Source of the DNA: an uncultured virus (IMG/VR IMGVR_UViG_3300032219_000626)
Lineage: Duplodnaviria > Heunggongvirae > Uroviricota > Caudoviricetes
DNA length: 64,000 bases
Direction: 5' to 3' (one strand)
IMG/VR virus record: IMGVR_UViG_3300032219_000626
Shown: positions 9,636 through 18,662 of the stretch, in pieces
Layout: each line of letters starts with the position of its first letter
Numbering within the stretch: position 1 is the stretch's first letter
Translations under genes and position numbers: made by a program
Notes under the pieces: generated by a model
Told to the model about the DNA's origin: nothing
Database searches by the model: none
The model's input: only the letters and a program-made list of their open reading frames with translations

Positions 9636-10298
9636 CTTTTCATATTTACTAGGATTTGGAAAAGCATCTTTGAGATAACTGTCTAACACTCCCTGAAACG
9701 TTTCGTCATTTGTTGATATAAAGGGCAATGGGCTGTTTATAATTTTATCTAAAGTAACATGATTATGAATTTTTACATCGTCGTGCCACTCGCCCCCTAC
9801 ATTATAAACATTTCCATAATTTGAACGCCATAGACCAAGCATCCTTACAACTTTTGCAAGTCCAGTCTTATGCATTATCATGGGCACATGAAGCTCATAG
9901 CTTAACGGATTATCATACCCAATATAATTAAGAGCGTTGTTAGTTTCTTCAAGAAGAGTTCTGTAACCTATGCTAACTTTTATCATATCGATGTGGCTTT
10001 GTAGTGTCCCACGATGATAGATACCCATTTCTTCCATTGGTTTAATTATAAAGAAATCATCATTCATTAAAATAAAGTTTTCAGAAACATCATAGTTTCT
10101 AGCAACAGCAGCCAAGTTTGACCTGGCATTATTGTATTTGTCAGAGTTTTGTTTTAGTGTGACATGGTTACCAATGTACCAATCTGGCTTGCCACCAAAT
10201 ACCCAGATGTTGTCGTGCGGTAGATTTTCTACAGCAGACCTGATAGAGTATCTTAACTCTTCGTTGTCTCCATCTTTACAGATGTAAACTAAATCCAT
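9627..10298 (-). CDS. Stealth-family-like sugar-phosphate transferase
   Basis: DLVY, EELRYSIRS and ENFILMNDDFFI resemble Stealth conserved regions 1/2. Confidence 0.65.
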   Translation of the reverse strand: MDLVYICKDGDNEELRYSIRSAVENLPHDNIWVFGGKPDWYIGNHVTLKQNSDKYNNARSNLAAVARNYDVSENFILMNDDFFIIKPMEEMGIYHRGTLQSHIDMIKVSIGYRTLLEETNNALNYIGYDNPLSYELHVPMIMHKTGLAKVVRMLGLWRSNYGNVYNVGGEWHDDVKIHNHVTLDKIINSPLPFISTNDETFQGVLDSYLKDAFPNPSKYEKHP

Positions 10299-10435
10299 TA
10301 TTCAGCCAATCGTTCGTATGCCCAGCCAAGGACAGCAGCAGCTACCTCGTCGTTCTCCAGGTCTTTTTCCATTATGAGTTCTCTAAGCTTCGCAAAGAAA
10401 ACATATCTTGGGTCGGATTCATTAATCTCGTCCAT
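10298..10435 (-). CDS. small hypothetical protein (leaderless)
   Basis: TG-G-TATACT-N6-ATG; MDEINESDPRYVFF... Confidence 0.55.
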   Translation of the reverse strand: MDEINESDPRYVFFAKLRELIMEKDLENDEVAAAVLGWAYERLAE

Positions 10436-10489
10436 CATATAAGTATACCAAATGTTTGCATTCTCTGCTGTATCTGGTATAATAGATAC

Positions 10490-10627
10490 ATGGAAGAAAT
10501 CAAAGCACTCTTGGCAGAGTGGGAAGAAGAAGGTACAGCGTCTGCTGCTGGTGTTGAAAAAACATACCACATCCTAAATCTCCTAATCGCCAAGATAGAA
10601 CAGTTGGATGCCCAACTTAACGGATAA
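10490..10627 (+). CDS. 45-aa hypothetical protein (leaderless, divergent promoter)
   Basis: TG-G-TATAAT-N6-ATG; MEEIKALLAEWEEEG... Confidence 0.55.
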   Translation: MEEIKALLAEWEEEGTASAAGVEKTYHILNLLIAKIEQLDAQLNG

Positions 10628-10728
10628 GTATCGTTATCAAGTTTTCCCAGAAAGAGTTTATCTTATTAGGGATAACATTGGCAATGTTGTTGAAGTTACT
10701 GGACAACAAATAATAGAAAGTTTAGGCA

Positions 10729-10914
10729 ATGGACAGAAAATTAAAGAGACAGAACGAGAGACTTCTGAACTCAATCAAGCGTAAGGCTAAGAAGGATATG
10801 GAGAACTGGATGTTGGCTCTCCCAGAACTGCCAAGTGAAGGCGAAGTAAAGGCTTTCCAGGCTGGATACATCGCAGGTGTTAGTAGAGGTTCGATTGAAA
10901 ATGAGAGACTTTAA
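10729..10914 (+). CDS. hypothetical protein
   Basis: ORF in operon context. Confidence 0.55.
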   Translation: MDRKLKRQNERLLNSIKRKAKKDMENWMLALPELPSEGEVKAFQAGYIAGVSRGSIENERL

Positions 10915-11148
10915 AGACCCACATTACAGTGGCAACGCCTGTGTCTGTTGCAAGGCTCCAGAAGGGGTCGTAGAGTACCGTGAGAGGCTGCTAGAGGCTC
11001 TTAAACAGGAGCAAGAGCGTTCTAGACTAGGCTTTATTCAATATAAGACTTTAGAAAGGATTCTAGATGAAAATCGTTGAGGGACTTCTGGCAATTGGAG
11101 CAATCGCAATATTGATTGTTATAACATGGTTTGTAGATAAGTACAAAG

Positions 11149-11604
11149 ATGATTACTGGGAAGATGAAGAAACTGAGTAGGATTGTTTTAGTTACAGGCG
11201 GCTTTGACCCTGTACACTCTGGACATATTGCATACATTAGAAGTGCCAAAGAGCTGGGTGATAAGTTGTTTATTGGTCTTAATTCTGATGATTGGCTGAC
11301 TCGTAAAAAGGGTAAGCCTTTTATGCCATTTTATGAGCGTGAGACTGTGCTAGACAGCATCAAGGGGGTAGACGGAGTGTTTGGATTTGATGACTCAGAT
11401 GGCTCTGCCAAAGATGCAATTAACATTTTACTAAACCACTACAAGAACGACCATATTATCTTTGCTAATGGTGGAGACAGAACAAGTATAAACATTCCAG
11501 AGATGGACATAGAGTCTGACAGACTATCATTTGAGTTTGGTGTTGGTGGATTCTATAAGGCTAACAGTTCTAGTTGGCTACTGAATGATTGGAAGACTAA
11601 TTAA
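11149..11604 (+). CDS. cytidylyltransferase-like nucleotidyltransferase
   Basis: VTGGFDPVHSGH (HxGH), GLNSD, FANGGDR. Confidence 0.88.
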   Translation: MITGKMKKLSRIVLVTGGFDPVHSGHIAYIRSAKELGDKLFIGLNSDDWLTRKKGKPFMPFYERETVLDSIKGVDGVFGFDDSDGSAKDAINILLNHYKNDHIIFANGGDRTSINIPEMDIESDRLSFEFGVGGFYKANSSSWLLNDWKTN

Positions 11605-12319
11605 ATTAATTGCATTTGACTTAGATGGTACGCTCACAGAATCCAAGCAACCAATAGACAATAAGACTGCTAGGTTTCTAGCCAGTCTTGCCAATGATTA
11701 TGAGATAGCCATTGTTACTGGCGGTACAATGGAACAGATTAAGACACAGGTATTGGATAGACTACCAAACTGGGTACAAGACAAGATGCATCTAATGCCC
11801 TGCTCAGGTGCTGAATACTTTAGGTTTGGAGATACGCTCTATCGTAACTTTATCTCAAAGCAAGAGAGAGCAGTCATGGTTCCTATGGTGACTGGGCTGC
11901 TAAAACAAATGGGGTATTGGATTGAGAACCCTGCAGGAGACATCATAGAAGACAGAGGCTCACAGATAACAATATCAGCCTTGGGTCAAAAGGCAAAACC
12001 AAAGGATAAAGAAGAGTGGGACCCATACGGAAATAAGCGTAGAGAGATTAGGGATGCCATTAAAGCCATGTTCCCTGAGTATAGTGTTAGAGTTGGTGGA
12101 CTAACTAGCGTAGACATCTCAATGTCTGGGATTGATAAAGAGTTTGCAATCAAAGAGATTCTTGAGTGGAATCAGTTTGAGCCATCGGATGTTCTTTATG
12201 TTGGGGATAAGTTTAGACCAGGTGAGAATGACTATCCTGCTCTACTGGCTGGAGTCACCTGTCTAAGAGTAACAAGTTATACAGACACACCTAGAATAGT
12301 TGGTAAGTATCTTGGCTAA
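11585..12319 (+). CDS. HAD-IIB hydrolase, phosphomannomutase-like
   Basis: AFDLDGTLT, IVTGG, IEDRGSQIT, GGLTSVDI, YVGDK..PGEND. Confidence 0.85.
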   Translation: MIGRLIKLIAFDLDGTLTESKQPIDNKTARFLASLANDYEIAIVTGGTMEQIKTQVLDRLPNWVQDKMHLMPCSGAEYFRFGDTLYRNFISKQERAVMVPMVTGLLKQMGYWIENPAGDIIEDRGSQITISALGQKAKPKDKEEWDPYGNKRREIRDAIKAMFPEYSVRVGGLTSVDISMSGIDKEFAIKEILEWNQFEPSDVLYVGDKFRPGENDYPALLAGVTCLRVTSYTDTPRIVGKYLG

Positions 12320-12431
12320 GTTTGGTTGGTGTATTGATGGTAATCATACTAGATGTGTTGTTGAGATATCCTGGAATGGAACTATGCTGTGCTCTTGCAA
12401 ATGCCATAAATCTGTGGTAGAATAGATACCT

Positions 12432-12471
12432 AACCACGCTGGTTGATTAAGTTCCTAGCGTGGTTTCTTTT
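12432..12471 (+). terminator. hairpin with U-tract just downstream of an extended -10 promoter
   Basis: AACCACGCTGG...CTAGCGTGGTT-TCTTTT after TG-G-TAGAAT near 12415-12423. Confidence 0.55.
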
Positions 12472-12482
12472 TGGAGGGTAAT

Positions 12483-12692
12483 ATGAAGTGTAACAAATGT
12501 AATACAGAAATGACCCCATTTGTATATGGATTTCCATCTAGGGAACTATTTGACTTAGCAGATGCTGGCAAGATAATTCTTGGTGGCTGTGGTGTCAATG
12601 AGTATCAGCCTACCCATTACTGCAATGTATGCCAAGAGCAATACCCATCTAATGAACAAGAGTTTGTTGGATACGACGAACTAGGTATTTAG
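12483..12692 (+). CDS. small Zn-ribbon protein
   Basis: CxxC...YG.P...LGGC...CxxC; SD GGAGG. Confidence 0.65.
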   Translation: MKCNKCNTEMTPFVYGFPSRELFDLADAGKIILGGCGVNEYQPTHYCNVCQEQYPSNEQEFVGYDELGI

Positions 12693-12739
12693 ATGTCCTA
12701 GGGTATCGCTATAATAGAGATACAAACAAAGGAGACACA

Positions 12740-13036
12740 ATGATTAAATTTGAAAATGGAATGCTCGTGCTAGATAGCACAGCCACAAAAGAAGATGTAG
12801 ATGCAGTCAATGAATTTGCAAATCATCACAGAGACATGGCTATTGATTTAGTTAAACAGCGATTGCTCAATGCTTGGGCTGCCTATGGTAAGCAAGATGG
12901 GGCAGAGTATATGTGGTCAATGAATGAGATTGTTGACATAGTTACTGGTAGGTTAGACGGAAGACACCCTGTATTCTACGACTCAGAATACAATGGTGAA
13001 ATTCCAGAAGGTGCAATCCTTCTAGAGACTAACTAG
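12740..13036 (+). CDS. hypothetical protein, paralog of 13964-14176
   Basis: Shared N-terminus MIKFENGMLVL; ATGTC-N12-TATAAT promoter at 12693-12715. Confidence 0.7.
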   Translation: MIKFENGMLVLDSTATKEDVDAVNEFANHHRDMAIDLVKQRLLNAWAAYGKQDGAEYMWSMNEIVDIVTGRLDGRHPVFYDSEYNGEIPEGAILLETN

Positions 13037-13244
13037 CCTACGCTTCTGAGGGTCAAACATCTTAGGGCGTTTCTTAGATGCTTTACCATTGTTGCGGTTA
13101 CTGTTGCGGATAGATGCTTTTTTGGCTGCCATAGTAAAATTATAGCACAAAAGCTCGGCGGTAAAATAGAGGAACAAATGCTTGACAAGCAAGCAAGTAA
13201 CCCTTATAATAGATATACAAGGTCCATTAAACGAGAGAGAACGA

Positions 13245-13742
13245 ATGCAAACCTTTTTACCTTATAAAGACTTCGACAAGTCTGCACAAGCCCTAGACAG
13301 TAAGCGACTTAACAAACAGATTCTAGAGTGCTACCAAATTCTTAATGTATTGTCTAACAAAGACCCACGTGCTGGATGGCGTAACCACCCTGCTGTAAAG
13401 ATGTGGCGTGGACACGAGAACTTCCTGTGGGACTACACTATGGCTATGGTTCGTGAGGCAGATGTTCGTGGTATTAAGACTGACAAGAACATGAGCAATC
13501 TTATTGACCTTATTAACACTTACGGTATTGACTGGGGATTTGACATTCCTGCCTGGTATGAGAATGACATTACCATGAAGCGTCTTACCACCACACACAA
13601 AGCAAACCTATATAAGAAAGACCCAGTATATTACTTTGACTTCTTTAGTTCGGTAGCAGACAGCAATCCTTGTTGCCCTAACCGCAAAGAGCCATGCAAG
13701 TATTACTGGGTAACACACGAGGAGAACAATGAAGCTGCCTAA
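13245..13742 (+). CDS. MSMEG_6728-family / pyrimidine dimer DNA glycosylase (DenV)-like protein
   Basis: MQTFLPY..F..SA..LD.KRL.KQ..E..QIL and GWRNHPAVKMWRGHE; promoter TTGACA-N17-TATAAT at 13182-13210. Confidence 0.8.
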   Translation: MQTFLPYKDFDKSAQALDSKRLNKQILECYQILNVLSNKDPRAGWRNHPAVKMWRGHENFLWDYTMAMVREADVRGIKTDKNMSNLIDLINTYGIDWGFDIPAWYENDITMKRLTTTHKANLYKKDPVYYFDFFSSVADSNPCCPNRKEPCKYYWVTHEENNEAA

Positions 13743-13971
13743 TATATTTAAATGGCGTGTACGGATAGTACAGCAAGGCTATGACCTGGGATGGAAGCAT
13801 GGCTACGAAGCAGGTATGGATGAACAACACAAACAGATTATAGATAAACTTAATCAGCTTATCCATGATGTTGATTGGCTCAAGGAAGACCCATATACTC
13901 GTAAAGAATTGATTGAAGTAATCAAGCAACACAAGACAGATAGAGAACCAGTTGGGTGGACAAATGATTAA
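13729..13971 (+). CDS. hypothetical protein
   Basis: SD GAGGAG; GYxxG pattern. Confidence 0.6.
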   Translation: MKLPNIFKWRVRIVQQGYDLGWKHGYEAGMDEQHKQIIDKLNQLIHDVDWLKEDPYTRKELIEVIKQHKTDREPVGWTND

Positions 13972-14176
13972 ATTTGAGAACGGTATGTTGGTATTGAATA
14001 GCGTATTCTCTAAGGAAGATGTAACGCAGATTAATGAGTTTGCTGACCATGTTCGTAATCAAGAACGTAAACGCATTATTAAGTTACTAGCTGAAGATGG
14101 CAAGAGAAACTATATCTCTGAGGACACATACACATATGTAGTGTCTGTTATCTTGGGTATAGATGAAGAGCTATAA
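13964..14176 (+). CDS. hypothetical protein, paralog of 12740-13036
   Basis: MIKFENGMLVLNS..KEDV..INEFA.H. Confidence 0.65.
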   Translation: MIKFENGMLVLNSVFSKEDVTQINEFADHVRNQERKRIIKLLAEDGKRNYISEDTYTYVVSVILGIDEEL

Positions 14177-14315
14177 ACTTTCGGGGCATCAAAAATGAGC
14201 TTCGTAATCCCTAGTATAAGATATCAGTAGAAGGAATAACACATGGTTTTGTTTGGAATTATATGTCTGATAACATCTGGTTTTATATGGTTTATGTTGT
14301 ATAAAAAGTAGCCAC

Positions 14316-14358
14316 TTATACACACTTATCCACACATTTATCCACAGAATTATACACA
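14316..14358 (+). promoter_or_regulatory. four tandem DnaA boxes
   Basis: TTATACACA 14316, TTATCCACA 14326 and 14338, TTATACACA 14350, in an AT-rich non-coding stretch. Confidence 0.75.
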
Positions 14359-14918
14359 TAAATCTTACTGATATTATTATTGATTGATAGTAAGAGGATA
14401 TGGGGAATAGGATATGGATAACTGAGCCCATATATAGTAGCATCGTAATCCCAAACCACTATATCTAGTAGCCCCCAAACCCCATATATGCATATACCAC
14501 GGACATTTTATACCCCCAAAAACATAGCAAAAATATCCCAAAACATTAAATAAATAAACAAATATATACAAAAGTATATACATTTTGGGGAAAAATATCT
14601 ATATATCGTAATGTTTTTATATAGGGTATTTATACTAGGGGAAATCAAGCATACTTCGTAATACCCTGGCATAGCCAGCCACTACGTGGGGGTAGTTAAA
14701 CTATACCTGATACGTATATATACTATACTAGGGATAAACACAATAAACTTTCAGCGATTTTTTGAAATGGGTTCTTAATCTTTTTTTATCCTTAATAAAA
14801 CTTTCAGGGATTTGGGGAAATTATCGTAATATCGTAATCAATTTGTTATATTTATATACTTGACAAATGGGATAGGGTGTGGTACCCCCAAGCCTACCCC
14901 GAAGGATAGGTCTGTAGG

Positions 14919-15191
14919 CTAGTCCTCTTCTAGGTCTAGGTCTTCCAGCATCTCTTTTAGGTCTTCGAAACCTGTATCTTCTAAGGCTACCAAGCCTAGC
15001 AACATTTCCCAAGTATCACTAATAAAGTTATCTGCCTCTGGCGTTGTCTTTACAATGCCTTTGCTGATAACATAGGCTAGTGGGAAACCGATGTCTGCAT
15101 ACTGAAAGAACTCTGCGAAGTAACCTTCGTCACGATAGTCCATCCATAGTTGGGATAGTATCTCTGCTTGTGTTTCTATTGGTGTGTTCAT
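14919..15191 (-). CDS. acidic hypothetical protein (leaderless)
   Basis: Box promoter 15198-15222, then N6-ATG. Confidence 0.7.
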   Translation of the reverse strand: MNTPIETQAEILSQLWMDYRDEGYFAEFFQYADIGFPLAYVISKGIVKTTPEADNFISDTWEMLLGLVALEDTGFEDLKEMLEDLDLEED

Positions 15192-15391
15192 ACTTCTATT
15201 ATACCCTGACCCTTCGACATTTTTTCTTGTTCTGCTGTTTCTGTGATTTCTTGTAGTCTGCGATAGACCACATTGGGATTGTCTCTAGCGATTGAAACGC
15301 CAACCATTTCTAGGTCAATCGTTACATCACTAACTAAATGTGCTATCTTAGTCGCTACTTTCTGTTCTGGTGTGATTATCTTTCTACGCAT
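15188..15391 (-). CDS. hypothetical protein
   Basis: SD AGGAG; box promoter 15418-15442. Confidence 0.65.
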   Translation of the reverse strand: MRRKIITPEQKVATKIAHLVSDVTIDLEMVGVSIARDNPNVVYRRLQEITETAEQEKMSKGQGIIEV

Positions 15392-15456
15392 ACTGCTCCT
15401 ATTTAGTTATCTATTCGATTATACCTCATACCCCAGACATTATGGGGAAGTTGTTT

Positions 15457-15532
15457 GGGGGACTAGGACAAGAAAGGAAAAGAATCCCAGTCCCCCTGTA
15501 GAGCCATGTCCAACCCCTTAGACACTCTCTAC
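15457..15532 (-). ncRNA. two-hairpin candidate sRNA with anti-SD loop
   Basis: GGGGGACUGGGA/UCCUAGUCCCCC stem with loop UUCUUUUCCUUUCUUG; G-U pairs only on the minus strand. Confidence 0.5.
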
Positions 15533-15563
15533 TATGGTAAGGAGTAAACTCAGCCTACCAATT

Positions 15564-15893
15564 CTAGTACATCACTACCAAATCTAATACATCCTTTGGC
15601 TCTACCGTTTCGGCTGAGGGTAGTGATAGCAATGCTTGCCTAAGACGTGGTGGAGCCTTCTCTAGGAAACCTTCCAGGGTATCCGTCCAGTCCATACCGT
15701 AGTCGTTCTCTGGATACTGGCTACGAAGATAGCGTGTCTCTGCAAAGTTTGTATCGATAAACCAGTTGCTATAGGTAACGTCGCTAAGACCATTGTCCAT
15801 GGTCCATAGCACAGGGTTGATACGCAATGTATCTGAGTATACATTGTCATCTTCCTCTACGAAGTAGATGTTTAGGTCCCAGTCTTTAATCAT
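15564..15893 (-). CDS. hypothetical protein
   Basis: Likely start MIKDWDL. Confidence 0.6.
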   Translation of the reverse strand: MIKDWDLNIYFVEEDDNVYSDTLRINPVLWTMDNGLSDVTYSNWFIDTNFAETRYLRSQYPENDYGMDWTDTLEGFLEKAPPRLRQALLSLPSAETVEPKDVLDLVVMY

Positions 15894-16077
15894 CGTAGAA
15901 GCCTTCCTGAACATCCAAAGCAGTTCGCTGTAGAAGTTCATCAAGATAGTTAGCCACTGAACCTTCTACGTCACTGATGATAGTTTTCCATACTTCATCA
16001 GACAGTGGTAGGTCTACTAAGTCTGCGTCAAGAAAACTCTCAAAGTTCTCCTTGTCAATCTGCCATTCTTCAAACAT
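15886..16077 (-). CDS. acidic hypothetical protein
   Basis: Likely start MFEEWQ. Confidence 0.55.
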   Translation of the reverse strand: MFEEWQIDKENFESFLDADLVDLPLSDEVWKTIISDVEGSVANYLDELLQRTALDVQEGFYDD

Positions 16078-16471
16078 TCTCGGTTCCATAAATTTCTTCC
16101 ATTTCTTCTCGTGTGTCAATCCAAATAGTGATGTAGCCATTGCCACGGCATTCATCACAATCAATGTTAGCATCACCCTCAGACATACAATCACATTCCT
16201 TGTCAATACTAACAGGGACTTCAATAAAGTCATCCCAAGGCTTCTTGGTAACGTAGTACTGAATACGGTTGACTAGGTGATAGCCAGATACGATATAGGT
16301 TCCTTCGTCGCCATCCATCTCAGTCCAGATAGTGTTGTCTGGTTGTGCTAGTACAAATGCCAGTTCATCACCATAGGTTTCAAAAGAACAACTGGTATCA
16401 CAATCACCAGTTATATGATTAGGGATAGGCTTGAACGTGTCATACCATTCGTCAGTGGTAAGTCTAAGCAA
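16070..16471 (-). CDS. acidic hypothetical protein with C-terminal Cys cluster
   Basis: FETYGDEL..V...IWT..DGD..YIVSGYH.VNR..Y; CxC...CxxCxG. Confidence 0.7.
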   Translation of the reverse strand: MLRLTTDEWYDTFKPIPNHITGDCDTSCSFETYGDELAFVLAQPDNTIWTEMDGDEGTYIVSGYHLVNRIQYYVTKKPWDDFIEVPVSIDKECDCMSEGDANIDCDECRGNGYITIWIDTREEMEEIYGTENV

Positions 16472-16763
16472 TGCGTTGCCTCAATTCTTCTAGGGTTGCT
16501 TGGTCATACTCATTATACATCTCACCTATGACATCTAATACCATCGCAATGCCAGCCTCCCATGAATCGCAGGTAGCACAGTATTCACAGTTACCCTCAC
16601 AGATTTTGCAGAAGGGTGTGCAATCAAATGAACCTTGATGTGCAGGACAAACTAACTTAGTATGATTACACATAAGGTCATCCATAACTACTTGACAAAT
16701 AGAACAAACAGTCTCATTATCATTGAGCATATCAACTGTCCAGTTATGTTCGTGATTACTCAT
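16464..16763 (-). CDS. Cys-rich hypothetical protein
   Basis: Multiple CxxC motifs. Confidence 0.6.
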   Translation of the reverse strand: MSNHEHNWTVDMLNDNETVCSICQVVMDDLMCNHTKLVCPAHQGSFDCTPFCKICEGNCEYCATCDSWEAGIAMVLDVIGEMYNEYDQATLEELRQRIA

Positions 16764-16965
16764 CTTCTTCCTCCAACTCGTCGTCGGTGTGAACATTCTC
16801 AATGTCTACCGAATACCAATCGTAGGTAACACCCTCTTCGCTAGAGTAGGGCTTCCACTCTTCTGCTAGTTCTAGTGCTTTTTGCTCTGCTTCTTCATAA
16901 CTATCTGCTTCTACAGTATAGTCTGTATCAAAGTGAAATGATACTGCAACATTGAAGTTTGCCAT
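16756..16965 (-). CDS. acidic small protein with VEADSxEEA motif
   Basis: TTGACT-N17-TAAAAT promoter upstream (about 16991-17019). Confidence 0.7.
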   Translation of the reverse strand: MANFNVAVSFHFDTDYTVEADSYEEAEQKALELAEEWKPYSSEEGVTYDWYSVDIENVHTDDELEEEDE

Positions 16966-17002
16966 TATGGTTCTCTTTCTCTAGGTTACTATTTTATCAG
17001 GT

Positions 17003-17533
17003 TTAGAAGTGAAAGTCAACAGGCACAAGGTAAATGTTTTCACCTTCGTTGTTGTCTATTTTACTAAGAATGTGGGTAGCGTTACTGCTGTCGGTAATGA
17101 AATCATAGAACCAACTGTCGTGAGACCACGAACCCATTTGAAATCTTAGTAGAGCGTTCAATGCGTAGAAATGGTAGTCATAGGACATAACCCCACCATA
17201 GTTATCTAGTTTGTCAATGACTTTGGTTTCCTTTACTTCCGCAAGGTATTCGTTGTAGTCAGTAACACGCTGTTGAATACACTCGTCAATCTTTGCTCGG
17301 AAAGCATTAGGGTCTTCCTTGTATGAGATAACCATGTTGCTCTTGGTCTTGTAGCCTTCCATAAGGTCGTCACCCTCAGCGGTATTCCAACGACCACCAC
17401 CAACTATGAACCAGTCATACCAAGAGATATAGTTCTCTCCGTCACCCATTGCCGCCTCTAAGTGCGAGGTAGCGTTGAATACCGCTTCATCTTTATCATT
17501 TGCTTCTACAGCAATCCAATGTAATGTATGCAT
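17003..17533 (-). CDS. hypothetical protein
   Basis: WYDWFIVGGGRW and VPVDFHF motifs; SD AAGGAG. Confidence 0.75.
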   Translation of the reverse strand: MHTLHWIAVEANDKDEAVFNATSHLEAAMGDGENYISWYDWFIVGGGRWNTAEGDDLMEGYKTKSNMVISYKEDPNAFRAKIDECIQQRVTDYNEYLAEVKETKVIDKLDNYGGVMSYDYHFYALNALLRFQMGSWSHDSWFYDFITDSSNATHILSKIDNNEGENIYLVPVDFHF

Positions 17534-17854
17534 ATTTCTCCTTCTTGTTGTAGTTACAGTATACGATACCCCTCAGACATTTATTCAGGGGATTTTGGGG
17601 AAACATCGTAATGAATCGTAATAGAGAAATAATATATATAAAGATATATAGAGATGGGGTGCCCAGCTCCCTACTGCTCAACCAAATAAATAAATGTCAA
17701 CACAACCATGACAGCAACTAAATAGTCAGCAATCACTTCTTAGGACAAACTTTATGACCTATACGCTTGTAGTAGGACTTCCATACTTGACCACATTCCT
17801 TACACTGGTAGTAGTCGTAGTAGTCGTCACCTTTGATTTTCCACATTGGTTTCA

Positions 17855-18031
17855 TTAGTTCTCCCCATCATCTTCTTCTACCTCAAAATCCCAAACAGCA
17901 TCAGTCTGATAGTCCTTGAAGTCTGAAGCAATCCAATCGTTGAGGGTAGCCAAAGCCTGTCCTTCATCGTCAGCAATAACAGGAACCTGATACTCAAAGG
18001 TTGAGACAGCAGTAATCAAAAATCTAGGCAT
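17855..18031 (-). CDS. 58-aa acidic protein
   Basis: Hand-translated MPRFLITAVSTFEYQVPVIADDEGQA... Confidence 0.6.
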   Translation of the reverse strand: MPRFLITAVSTFEYQVPVIADDEGQALATLNDWIASDFKDYQTDAVWDFEVEEDDGEN

Positions 18032-18318
18032 CTAGTTCTCTTTCTTTGCTGGGGTTATTAGATAGGCTCCGCATTCGCAGAAGTCACAAATCCAAGTGTG
18101 TTCGTGTTCAGTCATTGTCTTGTCCTATTCCAAAGATGTGGTCTAAGTCGTGAGTGTGATAAGAGTTGCCTACTCGCTCTGGTCTACCGCAAGTTTTGCA
18201 GATGTTATCGTTACTCATTATTCTCCAAACTCTGCGGTGGTGTCTTCAACTGCCTCGATAACTTCAGCCCAAGTCTCATCGTCCCAAGTATCTAGACGGT
18301 AAATAGTATAAGTATCCA

Positions 18319-18510
18319 TTAGTCTTCCTCGTCTTCCTCATCTTCTTCTTCTAGGGCTTCTACTTCGATAGAGTAAACTCCGTCATAGACAATAGGGCTG
18401 TCGTAGGTTTCACCCCAACTAGTCCAAGCAAGTTGCTCTGCGTGTTCCTCGCTGTCTGCTTCAATCTCACCAGAAAACTCAATCATCATTTCTACTTGGT
18501 ATCTAGGCAT
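18319..18510 (-). CDS. very acidic small protein with IEADSEEHA motif
   Basis: Box promoter and SD AAAGGAAGG. Confidence 0.75.
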   Translation of the reverse strand: MPRYQVEMMIEFSGEIEADSEEHAEQLAWTSWGETYDSPIVYDGVYSIEVEALEEEDEEDEED

Positions 18511-18662
18511 TTGCCTTCCTTTCTTGTTGTTACTATTTTACATCTACCCCCAGACATTTATTTGGGGAAATCGTAAGGCTATCGTAAATTGATTATGGCT
18601 ACCTGGGGGCACCGCCCAGCTCCCCCACCCACTAGGGGTAGGAGAGCCAGAAGAAGAATGGC

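Noticed and set aside
14484..14508. Additional box promoter at CCACGGACATTTT
   Set aside because: Hexamer at the 12-nt spacing reads ATATAT, not TAnnnT; not counted
14189..14583. Minus-strand ORFs of 84 and 68 aa
   Set aside because: Low-complexity AT-rich translation over DnaA boxes; no RBS
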